DNA from: a bacterium
GTDB lineage: Bacteria; Pseudomonadota; Alphaproteobacteria; Rhizobiales; JAKIUO01
DNA length: 64,000 bases
Direction: 5' to 3'
Assembly (NCBI GenBank): GCA_024228495.1
Contig: JAAETJ010000996.1
Span: 34,211-98,210 of the forward strand
Shown here one piece after another: positions 41,446-50,948 of the stretch. Numbering within the stretch: the first letter of the stretch is position 1; every line of letters begins with the position of its first letter. A program made the position numbers and the translations under genes. The notes under the pieces were generated by a model. It ran no database searches. It saw nothing but the letters and a program-made list of their open reading frames with translations, and was not told where the DNA came from.

Positions 41446-41994
41446 CTAATCACCGCCCTCAAAGGCTGCCTTGAGACGCCAGATATGTTGACTAAGGGGG
41501 GTATTGCCGTCTTGATCATCGTGATCTTCCTCAGCCGTATCGCGGATCATACGATCCAGCTTCACTATACGATCATAAAACCGCAAGCTGCGCTCAACCA
41601 ACTCCTTCATTGAGGTCGGAAGCTCGTCATAACCCTTGGCTCTGGCAAAGGAACCAATAGCCTGCAATTTAACCTTATGTTCCTCTTCTTCCGCCTGCTC
41701 AAGGGTCATTTCACCCTCATTGACAGCGCGACGAATAAGCAACCAGGACGCCAGCTGCATCAGTCGCGTGGTCAGGCGCATGCTTTCGGTCGCATAGGCA
41801 AAGGATAATTCTGGCTGAAGTTTTTTAGCCTCAAGACGACCGTCCCCTTCAAGATAGCCAGCGGCTTCTTCTACAAGGGCCATGCCTTCGCGAAAGACAT
41901 CTTTGAAATTGTCGGATTCGACATATTTCTCGCCAAACGAAATGGCACTATCATCATTCACACGACTACTATCAGCAACTCTCTTTAAAACCAT
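41446..41994 (-). CDS. DUF1465-family protein (RcdA-like, regulator of CtrA degradation family)
   Basis: 182 aa. EGMALVEEAAGYL...ESMRLTTRLMQLASWLLIRRAVNEGEMT matches the DUF1465 pattern. Confidence 0.65.
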   Translation of the reverse strand: MVLKRVADSSRVNDDSAISFGEKYVESDNFKDVFREGMALVEEAAGYLEGDGRLEAKKLQPELSFAYATESMRLTTRLMQLASWLLIRRAVNEGEMTLEQAEEEEHKVKLQAIGSFARAKGYDELPTSMKELVERSLRFYDRIVKLDRMIRDTAEEDHDDQDGNTPLSQHIWRLKAAFEGGD

Positions 41995-42135
41995 TGATAC
42001 AACCCACTTTTATAACCGTACATACGCGCACAGTACCACAAACGAATCACCATGTCATATCACTATACTATAGTGTCGTGACATTATCGTTAATGGTGGC
42101 AAAAATATTCGACAATATCTTGACCTGATAAAGGC

Positions 42136-42168
42136 AAAAAAAAGAGTCGCCAAGGAAAATGGCGACTC
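42136..42168 (-). terminator. Rho-independent terminator downstream of aspS
   Basis: The minus strand reads GAGTCGCC-attttcctt-GGCGACTC followed by T8. A second imperfect hairpin lies at about 42190-42224. Confidence 0.8.
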
Positions 42169-42280
42169 AGAAAGTTTGCAGGGAGGCGTCAAACAAAGCA
42201 GATAATGTCAACTGCTTGTTTGGTCCAGCGCAAGGCTAGATGAATCTAATCTATCCCATTATCCTTAATGCTTTCCTAAT

Positions 42281-44083
42281 TCACACGCCCTCACCCTTGG
42301 TCTTGGGCAGCTTGAGCCGGATATGCAGCTCTCGCAGTTGTTCGGGGTGAACATTGTCAGGCGCGCCCATCAACAAATCTTCTGCTTGCTGATTCATGGG
42401 GAACATCGTGACTTCACGAATATTGGGCTCATCGCACAATAACATGACGATGCGATCAACTCCCGGCGCTATGCCACCATGCGGAGGGGCACCATATTGC
42501 AAGGCACGCAACATGCCACCAAATTTGTCCTCCAGCACCTCGGTGCCATAGCCGGCAATATCGAACGCCTTATACATGATTTCGGGCAAATGGTTCCGGA
42601 TGGCCCCAGATGACAGCTCAATACCATTGCAGACAATATCGTACTGATAGGCTTTGATATCCAGCAGTTCTTCATCGCTTTTGGCATTTGTGAGCACATC
42701 AAGCCCGCCTTGTGGCATGGAAAACGGATTATGGGAGAAGTCGATTTTCTTGTTTTCTTCATCCCATTCAAACATTGGAAAATCAACAATCCAGCAAAAG
42801 GCAAACTTGTCATTATCTGTGAGCTCCAGCAGCTCACCAACCCGTACGCGCGCCCGTCCGGCAAATTCTGCGAAATCCTTGGGATTGCCAGCGGCAAAAA
42901 ATACCGCGTCGCCATCTTTCAGGCCAAGTTGATCGCGCAAGGCCATCGTGCGCTCTTCGCCAATGTTTTTGGCAACTGGACCAGACCCCTTGCCCTCTTT
43001 GAAAAAGATATATGCGAGACCTGGCTGTTTTTCTTCCTTTTGCGCCCAGCCATTCATGCGATCGCAAAAAGCCCGTGATCCGCCGGTTGGCGCGGGAATG
43101 GCCCAAATAGCATTTTTTTCGTCTTTATCAAGAATGCCCGCAAAAATGCCAAAACCACCACCGCGGAAATGTTCACTGACATTTTCCATGATCAACGGAT
43201 TGCGTAGATCGGGCTTGTCAGATCCATATTTGCGAAATGCTTCATCAAAAGGAATCTTGGGGAAGTCTTTGGCCACTGGTTTGCCACCAAACTCTTCGAA
43301 CAGTCCCAGCAACATGGGTTCAACGGCTTCGAACACATCTTCTTGCGTGACAAAACTCATCTCAATATCGAGTTGGTAAAATTCGCCCGGTGAACGGTCC
43401 GCCCGTGCATCTTCATCGCGAAAACAAGGAGCAATCTGAAAATAGCGATCAAAGCCAGCCATCATGATGAGCTGCTTGAATTGCTGGGGGGCTTGCGGCA
43501 AGGCATAAAATTTGCCTGGATGCACACGGCTTGGCACCAGAAAATCGCGCGCCCCTTCTGGGCTTGATGCCGTCAAAATCGGCGTTTGATATTCCATAAA
43601 TCCCTGTTCAACCATCCGGTTGCGCATGGACGAGATGATTTTTGAGCGCTTGACAATATTGCCGTGAATGGTTTCACGACGCAGATCAAGAAAACGATAT
43701 TTCAAGCGCGTATCTTCGGGATAATCTGGCTCGCCAAAAATGGGTAATGGCAACTCTTCTGATTTGGACAGCACTTCCAGCTGTTCGATCCGCACCTCAA
43801 TACGCCCTGTGGGGAGGTCTTTATTGATGGTTTCGTCGGATCTCGCCACCACAGGGCCATTTATACGCACAACCCATTCAGCATGAATATTTTCAGCTTT
43901 CGAGAACTCACTCTCGTCGGGCTCCACCACACACTGAATTAGGCCATAATGATCACGCAGATCAATAAATAACAAGCCTCCATGATCCCGGATACGATGA
44001 ACCCAGCCAGACAGGCGGACCTGATCACCGACATTTTTTGCTTCAAGCTCACCGCAATTATGGCTACGATATTCATGGGTCAT
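42281..44083 (-). CDS. aspS: Aspartate--tRNA ligase (probably the non-discriminating type, given gatCAB in the window)
   Basis: [13 protein letters not shown], the OB fold and class II motifs ([19 protein letters not shown]). The ATG at 44083 is preferred. Confidence 0.95.
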   Translation of the reverse strand: MTHEYRSHNCGELEAKNVGDQVRLSGWVHRIRDHGGLLFIDLRDHYGLIQCVVEPDESEFSKAENIHAEWVVRINGPVVARSDETINKDLPTGRIEVRIEQLEVLSKSEELPLPIFGEPDYPEDTRLKYRFLDLRRETIHGNIVKRSKIISSMRNRMVEQGFMEYQTPILTASSPEGARDFLVPSRVHPGKFYALPQAPQQFKQLIMMAGFDRYFQIAPCFRDEDARADRSPGEFYQLDIEMSFVTQEDVFEAVEPMLLGLFEEFGGKPVAKDFPKIPFDEAFRKYGSDKPDLRNPLIMENVSEHFRGGGFGIFAGILDKDEKNAIWAIPAPTGGSRAFCDRMNGWAQKEEKQPGLAYIFFKEGKGSGPVAKNIGEERTMALRDQLGLKDGDAVFFAAGNPKDFAEFAGRARVRVGELLELTDNDKFAFCWIVDFPMFEWDEENKKIDFSHNPFSMPQGGLDVLTNAKSDEELLDIKAYQYDIVCNGIELSSGAIRNHLPEIMYKAFDIAGYGTEVLEDKFGGMLRALQYGAPPHGGIAPGVDRIVMLLCDEPNIREVTMFPMNQQAEDLLMGAPDNVHPEQLRELHIRLKLPKTKGEGV

Positions 44084-44312
44084 TGGTTTTTGTCTCCACC
44101 AAACATTGTTTGCGCGCAACAGCACACGGGCCTAAGCGTTTGTCAAGCATGACAGCAATTGACACTTGTGCTCATTCTGTGATTGAGAACTAACGCTTCA
44201 CTTTGTATAGTCAAGAAAAGAAGCACAAAGGTCCCCATTGTCTTTTCATTTGAGACCCGCTTATCACCTGTCCTGAACGCATCTGTTTCTGGACCTACGG
44301 GAAAACATATCT

Positions 44313-45128
44313 ATGAGTACTCTTGATCAATCACCGGCTTCAAGAGAAGAAAAATTCAGCTTTGACGAGCGCCTTGAAGGTATGCGGATGGCTGGACTGT
44401 TAACGGCGCAAACCCTCGACATGCTGGTTGAACATGTCGCGCCCGGCATACGCACGGATGAGCTCGACAAACTGGCATTCGAATTTGCCATGGATCATGA
44501 CTGTATTCCCGCTCCCCTTAACTATCGCGGTTTCAAGGGCTCCATCTGCACCTCCCTTAACCATGTTGTATGTCACGGCATCCCTGGCGCGCGCACCTTG
44601 AAAGAGGGAGATATCATTAATCTCGACGTCACCCTTATCAAGGATGGCTGGCATGGTGATAGCAGCCGCATGTTTCCCGTTGGAGAGATTTCCCGCAAAG
44701 CCGAGCGGCTGATTGATATCACCTATGAATGCCTGATGCGCGGTCTCAATGTGGTGAAAGATGGTGCGACGACTGGTGATATCGGCCATGCAATCCAGAC
44801 TTACGCCGAATCTGAAAATTGCTCTATCGTACGCGAGTTTTGCGGACATGGTCTGGGGCGTGTTTTTCATACCAAGCCCAATATTCTGCATTATGGCGAA
44901 GCTGGCAGAGGCACACGCCTTAAGTCTGGTATGTTCTTTACCATTGAGCCCATGATCAATCTGGGGCGCCCTGATGTGAAAGTGCTGGGCGATGGCTGGA
45001 CGGCCGTCACGCGAGATAAATCACTGTCGGCGCAATTCGAACATTCGATAGCTGTAACCGATACAGGCTTTGAAATATTCACCAAGAGCCCTAAAAAACT
45101 CGACAAACCCCCTTATAATTTAACATGA
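44313..45128 (+). CDS. map: Type I methionine aminopeptidase
   Basis: 271 aa with metal ligands in [26 protein letters not shown] and QFEHS. Confidence 0.95.
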   Translation: MSTLDQSPASREEKFSFDERLEGMRMAGLLTAQTLDMLVEHVAPGIRTDELDKLAFEFAMDHDCIPAPLNYRGFKGSICTSLNHVVCHGIPGARTLKEGDIINLDVTLIKDGWHGDSSRMFPVGEISRKAERLIDITYECLMRGLNVVKDGATTGDIGHAIQTYAESENCSIVREFCGHGLGRVFHTKPNILHYGEAGRGTRLKSGMFFTIEPMINLGRPDVKVLGDGWTAVTRDKSLSAQFEHSIAVTDTGFEIFTKSPKKLDKPPYNLT

Positions 45129-46048
45129 TCGACAAACCTCCAGTGTCAAAAAAAGCACCAACAATATTGACCGACAAAGAGGCCGAACAGGTTGTGCATG
45201 CCAATGCTCAAAAACTGGGACTGCTGCCCCGTGAAAACGCAAAAACTGACATCGACCCAACCTTGTTCGACGATATTACGATGGCCAGTGCCGCATTTCC
45301 AATCGAACCAGAAATGCAGAATGTAGCAGCTAATGTGCCAACTACAACTGCATCCCCAAAAGAACCTACTGCTCCCTCCCCGCACTTTCACGGGCACCGA
45401 GAACGGCTTAAGCAACGCCTCCTCGACAGTGATGGCGAAGCGCTGGCTGATTACGAGCTATTGGAAGCCCTCTTGTTTCGCGCCCTGCCGCGCCGCGACA
45501 CCAAGCCCATCGCCAAGGAACTATTGCTACGCTTTGGCAGCTTTTCCGAAGTAATAAACGCGTCAGAAGGGGAGTTGCGCAAGATTAAATGGATCAAGGA
45601 TGCAGCCATCGGTGAGTTCGCACTCATAAAAGCTGCAACCCGGCGACTATTGAAAACCGCGGTAGTTAAGCGGCCGGTTCTCACGTCCTGGGCCAAAGTC
45701 CTCGATCACTGCCGGGCCGCGATGGCATTTGAACCACGAGAACAATTCAGGATTTTATTCCTCGACAAGCGCAACCGGCTGATCCTTGATGAAGTCCAGC
45801 AAACCGGCACGATTGACCATGCCCCCGTCTATGTACGCGAAATCTGTCGCCGTGCCCTCGAGGTCAATGCTACCGCGCTCATTCTTGCCCATAATCACCC
45901 TTCTGGCGATCCGACCCCCTCACGCGGCGATATAGAAATGACCAAAGAGATTGTCAAAATTGCCGGAGGCCTTGGCATATCTGTGCACGATCACATCATC
46001 ATCGCCAAGGAAGGTCATGCCAGCTTTAAGGGGCTGGGCTTGATCTAA
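45125..46048 (+). CDS. radC: RadC-family JAB-domain protein with an ~85-aa low-complexity N-terminal extension
   Basis: [11 protein letters not shown] and the JAMM motif [16 protein letters not shown]. Its ATG overlaps the map stop (ATGA). Internal Met starts are also possible. Confidence 0.85.
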   Translation: MIDKPPVSKKAPTILTDKEAEQVVHANAQKLGLLPRENAKTDIDPTLFDDITMASAAFPIEPEMQNVAANVPTTTASPKEPTAPSPHFHGHRERLKQRLLDSDGEALADYELLEALLFRALPRRDTKPIAKELLLRFGSFSEVINASEGELRKIKWIKDAAIGEFALIKAATRRLLKTAVVKRPVLTSWAKVLDHCRAAMAFEPREQFRILFLDKRNRLILDEVQQTGTIDHAPVYVREICRRALEVNATALILAHNHPSGDPTPSRGDIEMTKEIVKIAGGLGISVHDHIIIAKEGHASFKGLGLI

Positions 46049-46086
46049 TCACCTGGTCACTTGACTGAGCTCCTACCGGCAGCAAT

Positions 46087-46133
46087 AAAAAAGCCCCAAA
46101 CCCCACTAGCGAATGAGGTTTGGGGTTATATTT
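46087..46133. terminator. Bidirectional terminator hairpin between radC and the acyl-CoA ligase gene
   Basis: AAAAAA-G-CCCCAAACC (46094-46102) ... GGTTTGGGG (46117-46125) -TTATATTT. The stem is 9 bp. Confidence 0.7.
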
Positions 46134-46177
46134 ATCTTGAGATCAAGAAACTTCCTCCTGTTGGGGAGCAAACTTTT

Positions 46178-47857
46178 CTAAGATCCTTCGCGCAATTCCT
46201 TTTTCGACAATTTGCCGATCATGGTCTTGGGCAGTTCATCGCGAAATTCAATTTCAGCTGGTTGCTCGATTTTCGAAATTTCACCTTTCAAGAATTCAAG
46301 AATTTCCTCAACTGTAGCGGTATGCCCATCCTTGAGCTTGATAAAGGCTTTAGGAGCTTCACCGCGATATTTATCGGGAATACCGATAACTGTCACCTCT
46401 TCAACAGCCGGGAAGCGATATATCGCCTCTTCCACCTGACGAGGATAGATCTTGAAGCCAGAAGCAATAATCATGTCCTTGAGACGATCTACGATATAAA
46501 TGAAACCATCTTCCGCGATATAGCCAACATCGCCGGTGCGAAAATATCCATCCACGGTGACTTCCGCTGTCGCCTCTGGTCTCTTCCAGTATCCCGGCAT
46601 GACTTGTGGACCTTTAATGCAAATCTCGCCAGACTCCGTCAGAGGCATTTCGACAGTAGGGTCATCAATCGAACGAATCGATATCATCGTGCCTGGTACG
46701 GGCACACCGATGGATCCATCGCGCGGCTCGCCATCGACGGGATTGGCTGTTGCCATGGGAGACGTCTCCGAGAGACCATATCCCTCAATCATTTTGCATC
46801 CAGAAACCTCGGTGAACTGCTTGCGGATTTCTCCGGGCAGTCCAGCTCCCCCCGATATGCAAAGTTTCAAAGACGAAAGGTCGATACCTTTAATACCTGG
46901 AAAATTGAGCATAGCAGTATAGATTGTCGGCACACCCGGCATAACAGTTGGCTTGCGCTTGGCGATTAGCTTCAACGTGTCTTTCATCTCAAATTTTGGC
47001 ACCAGTAGCAACTCCGCGCCATGCGCGACTCCGAAATTAAGAATGGTTGTCATGGCAAACACATGGAAAAACGGCAATATACCAAGGATTTTCTCAGTAC
47101 CCGGCTCCAGATTGGTCGCCCAATCCAGGATCTGCGCTACATTTATCGACAGATTTCCATGGGTCAACATGGCACCCTTGGGTACGCCGGTTGTGCCGCC
47201 CGTATATTGCAAGACGGCAAGATCATTGTGAGGATCAATGTCAACCTCGACCGGCTCACCAGTGTTAAACATCACTTGTTCGGCAGAACTGATTTTGTCG
47301 ATCTGGGGGGAATTGCGCCATTTAGCCACTTCCTTGCCTTTGACCATCTTGAACAAAAAGGATTTAACCGAGGGCAATAACCCGCTAAAATTAGCGATCA
47401 CGGCTCTTTGCAAGACACCTTTTTCGATCAAGGCTTCGACTTTATCAAACATTAATTTAAGATCGAGGGTGATCATCAACTCGGTTTCGCTGTCACCGAT
47501 CTGATATTCCAGTTCAGGGATGGTGTAGAGAGGGTTGAAATTGACCACGCAGGCCCCGGTTTTCAAAATGGCATAATAGAAAATAATGTAGGTCGGGGTG
47601 TTGGGTAGCAACAAACCCACCTTGCTGCCTTTGCCGATCCCCATATCAGATAAACCTCTGGCGGCGCGATCAACCAGTTGGCCCATTTCACCATAGGTTA
47701 TGGTGCTGCCTAAAAACTCCGAACAGACCTGCTTCCCATAAGTGGCAACCGCCTGATCAAAAATATCTGACAAAACACGTGGCGGATAGATTTTGTCCCA
47801 CGAAAGACCAGGAGGATAATGTTGTGTCCAAGGGGGTTGGGCTGATGTTTCTTGCAT
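46178..47857 (-). CDS. fadD: Long-chain fatty-acid--CoA ligase (AMP-forming adenylating enzyme, FadD-like)
   Basis: AMP-binding signature LQYTGGTTGVPKGAMLTHGNL, GYGLSETS, TGDVGYIAEDGFIYIVDRLKDMI and C-terminal GKLSKKELRE. The ATG at 47857 is preferred. Confidence 0.85.
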   Translation of the reverse strand: MQETSAQPPWTQHYPPGLSWDKIYPPRVLSDIFDQAVATYGKQVCSEFLGSTITYGEMGQLVDRAARGLSDMGIGKGSKVGLLLPNTPTYIIFYYAILKTGACVVNFNPLYTIPELEYQIGDSETELMITLDLKLMFDKVEALIEKGVLQRAVIANFSGLLPSVKSFLFKMVKGKEVAKWRNSPQIDKISSAEQVMFNTGEPVEVDIDPHNDLAVLQYTGGTTGVPKGAMLTHGNLSINVAQILDWATNLEPGTEKILGILPFFHVFAMTTILNFGVAHGAELLLVPKFEMKDTLKLIAKRKPTVMPGVPTIYTAMLNFPGIKGIDLSSLKLCISGGAGLPGEIRKQFTEVSGCKMIEGYGLSETSPMATANPVDGEPRDGSIGVPVPGTMISIRSIDDPTVEMPLTESGEICIKGPQVMPGYWKRPEATAEVTVDGYFRTGDVGYIAEDGFIYIVDRLKDMIIASGFKIYPRQVEEAIYRFPAVEEVTVIGIPDKYRGEAPKAFIKLKDGHTATVEEILEFLKGEISKIEQPAEIEFRDELPKTMIGKLSKKELREGS

Positions 47858-48283
47858 AATCGTCTTTTTCCCTTTTTTTGTTGGCCAGGTTCGCAAGCGA
47901 CGCAACGCCCCGCCGTTAAGTCGACCCGTTGCCTATATACCATAGCATAAAAACAACCTGTGTCGCTCTAAAGCATGTTTGCCTTACCCAATTCAGGCAT
48001 GGAGCACTCTGACGCATCTCTTGAAAACGCCTAAAACGAGCATATTATGAGTGCTCATCTAGTACGCGACAATTTTATACATGGACTTTTTTGTATTTTA
48101 ATGTTGCATCTTGCAAAGACCTGTAGCATCGGGCGTTCAACTTTGGCTGGACTCTCCAGGCTATTAAGATTATTTCATATTGCGGCTTGAATAAGTTACC
48201 ATTTCTGATTATCCAACAGACATGGTAAGTAAAGTGCCGTATTATGTAGCCCCAACTAAACAAAAGGGGTCGAGGAGCGCATT

Positions 48284-48550
48284 ATGGATGAAGTAGCAAC
48301 GAAGATCGTCGAGATCCTCAAGAAAAACATGAAATCGCAACCTGACAAGGAAATTGATATGGAGACGGAATTGACCGATCTTGATATCGAAAGCCTCGAT
48401 TTGGCTGTGATTGTGTTTGATATTGAAGATACGTTCTCGATTGAAATTCCGTATAACGCCAACGAAGAAAGCGGTGACTTCAATACCGTTGGAAGCGTTG
48501 TCGAAAAAGTTCGAGAACTGATTGGAAATTCTTCCGACGCGGTTGCTTGA
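48284..48550 (+). CDS. Dedicated acyl carrier protein (NodF/AcpXL-like, not the housekeeping AcpP)
   Basis: 88 aa. LTDLDIESLDLAVIVFDIEDTFSIEIP matches the ACP helix II region, with Ser in an ESL (not DSL) context. An SD (GAGGAG) lies 8 nt upstream. Confidence 0.7.
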   Translation: MDEVATKIVEILKKNMKSQPDKEIDMETELTDLDIESLDLAVIVFDIEDTFSIEIPYNANEESGDFNTVGSVVEKVRELIGNSSDAVA

Positions 48551-48680
48551 ACGTAAAAAGACCAAACGATCCGATTGCAAATTTTTACCATTTGTAATCC
48601 GCCGGGGAGCCCGCCGACTGCCCCCTTCACTTCGGGTCACTTGAAACCATCTGGTCGGCCTCAAACTGGCAAAATATTCA

Positions 48681-49919
48681 ATGAATAAAGTAACAGAACA
48701 ACGACGAGTTGTTGTGACCGGACAGGGTGTTGTTTCACCCGTCGGTACAAAGGTTGATAAATTCTGGGCCGCACTGAAAAATGGCGATAGCGGCCTTGGC
48801 CCCATCACTTTTTATGAAGTCACCGATGATCTGCGCTGCAAGATAGCCGGTGAAGTTCATGATTTTGATGTGCAAAAAGATGTCGGCAATATCGATGTCG
48901 TCCGCGCCGACCGCTTTTCTCAGCTCGCAACCAAAGCAGCGATGGAAGCTGTCGAGCAGTCTGGAATCAAGGATCTTCTAGCCAAAGATGGTTCACGCAC
49001 TGCTTGTATCATTGGATCTGGCTCAGGGGGACTGACGACGCTTGAGACCGGCTATCGTGATCTCTATCGCGACAAGATTATGCGTACCAATCCACTGACT
49101 TTGCTGCGCACGCTTGGCAGCTCTGCTGCCGCTCATGTGTCGATGATGTATAATATTACCGGCCCGACCTTTGGTGTCGTCAGCGCTTGCGCGACGGGTT
49201 CCCATGCCATGGGACTGGTTTATCAGATGATCAAATATGGTCAGATCGATGCGGGCATTGCTGGAGGATCGGAAGCAAGCCTCAATTGGGGCGCTCAACG
49301 CTCCTGGGAAGCTTTGTTCGTGCTGTCAAATACTGGCTGTTTCCCATTTTCCAAAAAGCGCAATGGTACGATCTTGTCTGAAGGCTCTGGCATCATGGTG
49401 CTGGAAGAATATGAACATGCCAAAGCCAGGGGTGCGAATATCCTTGCTGAAATTATGGGATTTGGTATGACAGCGGACGCTGGCGACATGGTTCATCCCA
49501 AAGTTGAAGGGGCCGCGGGAGCCATGCAGATCGCCCTCGATGATGCCGGTCTCAAAGCCGAACAAATCGATTATATCAATGCTCATGGCACGGCCACCAA
49601 AACCAACGATGTCACCGAAACCAATGCCATCAAATCAGTATTTGGCGATGCAGCCTATGATGTATCAATCTCTTCGACCAAGAGCATGCACGGACATATG
49701 CTGGGGGGTGGATCACTTGTAGAGGGGGCCGCATGCATCAAGGCCATGCATGATAATTTCATCCCACCCACAATTAATCTCAATGATCCTGATCCCGATT
49801 GCGACCTTGATTATACGCCCAATGAGGGACGCGAACGCGAAGTGACCTATACCATGAATAATTCACTGGCCTTTGGTGGATTGAATACGGTGGCCATCTT
49901 TGGCCCCGCTCCAAAATAG
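48681..49919 (+). CDS. Beta-ketoacyl-ACP synthase (KAS I/II, FabF/NodE-like)
   Basis: 412 aa with RRVVVTGQGVVSP and the Cys-His-His triad in VSACATGSHA, NAHGTATKTND and KSMHGHMLGGGS. Confidence 0.9.
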   Translation: MNKVTEQRRVVVTGQGVVSPVGTKVDKFWAALKNGDSGLGPITFYEVTDDLRCKIAGEVHDFDVQKDVGNIDVVRADRFSQLATKAAMEAVEQSGIKDLLAKDGSRTACIIGSGSGGLTTLETGYRDLYRDKIMRTNPLTLLRTLGSSAAAHVSMMYNITGPTFGVVSACATGSHAMGLVYQMIKYGQIDAGIAGGSEASLNWGAQRSWEALFVLSNTGCFPFSKKRNGTILSEGSGIMVLEEYEHAKARGANILAEIMGFGMTADAGDMVHPKVEGAAGAMQIALDDAGLKAEQIDYINAHGTATKTNDVTETNAIKSVFGDAAYDVSISSTKSMHGHMLGGGSLVEGAACIKAMHDNFIPPTINLNDPDPDCDLDYTPNEGREREVTYTMNNSLAFGGLNTVAIFGPAPK

Positions 49920-49934
49920 TCATTTTAAGCAACT

Positions 49935-50177
49935 CTATTTGTTCCCGCACGCAAAGCAGGAGCGGTAGGCTGCTGGCGACGTGCCTGCAACGCGCTTGAA
50001 GGCTGCTCGAAAGGTTTCAAGCGAGTTGTAACTGCATTGTTCGGCAATATCTGCCAGCGAGAAGCCTGACATTTCCAGCAATTCTTGTGCGCGGTACATG
50101 CACCCTCGCTGTAACCATGCAATAGGTGTCATTCCCACGGATTCATTGTACCGCCTCAGGAAAGTGCGCTCGTTCAT
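49935..50177 (-). pseudogene. C-terminal HTH half of an AraC/GlxA-type regulator (truncated)
   Basis: 80 aa: ERTFLRRYNESVGMTPIAWLQRGCMYRAQELLEMSGFSLADIAEQCSYNSLETFRAAFKRVAGTSPAAYR. This covers only the AraC HTH region. An in-frame TAG lies 2 codons upstream of the Met, and no N-terminal domain is present. Confidence 0.65.
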
Positions 50178-50252
50178 ATTCCTCTATGCAGCAAGATCGT
50201 TCAATCCGGGGTCATCTTGCATAAAGGTACGAAAAACCCCTCAGGATTTTAT

Positions 50253-50308
50253 TATGGTGCAATAACCTCAGAACCGGGACAAAAACGAACCCCTGTTAAT
50301 GCACCATA
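50253..50308. other. Long inverted repeat (14-bp stem, 28-nt loop) in an orphan spacer
   Basis: TATGGTGCAATAAC (50253-50266) pairs with GTTAATGCACCATA (50295-50308) with one mismatch. Confidence 0.5.
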
Positions 50309-50361
50309 GTATTGCAACATGTTTTGTAGGGATTTGGCTGCTTTGCAGGTTGTGTTTAGTA

Positions 50362-50390
50362 CCGTTGCAATAACCCTCGTTTTGCAACGG
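50362..50390. other. Perfect 9-bp inverted repeat CCGTTGCAA-N11-TTGCAACGG
   Basis: The arms are exact reverse complements. The loop TAACCCTCGTT contains a motif that recurs at 53456-53473. Confidence 0.5.
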
Positions 50391-50681
50391 GAGTTATCTG
50401 GGGCGGTGCGGATATGATGCAGGTGTGCTATCTGTGTCAGAGGGTGGGCCGCAAATGACCCGATCCGGACTTTTAACTGTAACTACCACGCTTCGATGAT
50501 CATAAAAGGTTATCGCCATATGTCTACGAATAATAGGCCAAAATAAAGTGATCTCCTTTGGTTGTACCAAATTAACAAAGCATTGTCCCCGGATTCGGTA
50601 GAGACACGATGTATAAGGGGAGGTTATAAAGGGAACGCAACGAACTACGTCCCATTTATCAAGTTTTTGTAATTACATGGA

Positions 50682-50948
50682 TTAACGTTTTATCAATCCA
50701 AGACCAAAAATAAAGACGATAGCGCCAATAAGAGCGCTGATGATCGAACCGATCATACCACCTCCAATGGATACACCCAACACACCTAGTAGCCATCCCC
50801 CAACGAACGCTCCAATGATGCCGGTAATGATGGTATCAGCGATGGGATTACCCGTTATTCTCAGCCCACCACTCTTCATTATTTGGCTAGCCAACCAACC
50901 AGCAACTCCACCAACTACCAGCCAGATTACAAGTGCTTCAAGTGTCAT
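50682..50948 (-). CDS. GlsB/YeaQ/YmgE-family (transglycosylase-associated) stress membrane protein
   Basis: 88 aa. WLVVGGVAGWLASQIM...IITGIIGAFVGGWLLG shows the typical Gly-rich triple-TM pattern. Confidence 0.85.
   Translation of the reverse strand: MTLEALVIWLVVGGVAGWLASQIMKSGGLRITGNPIADTIITGIIGAFVGGWLLGVLGVSIGGGMIGSIISALIGAIVFIFGLGLIKR

Noticed and set aside
42190-42224. Second hairpin downstream of aspS as a possible sRNA
   Set aside because: It is an imperfect stem without a U-tail or promoter-like sequence. It is more simply part of the aspS 3' UTR or tandem terminator region.
46061-46969. 302-aa plus-strand ORF
   Set aside because: It is entirely antisense to the well-supported FadD-like acyl-CoA ligase gene. 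Its composition (Arg/Phe/His/Asn-rich) is typical of antisense read-through, and it has no motifs or SD.
48242-48808. 188-aa minus-strand ORF covering the ACP gene and the KAS start
   Set aside because: It is antisense to an ACP with a good SD and a clear ACP helix-II motif. Its own sequence is Arg/Phe-rich with no motif.
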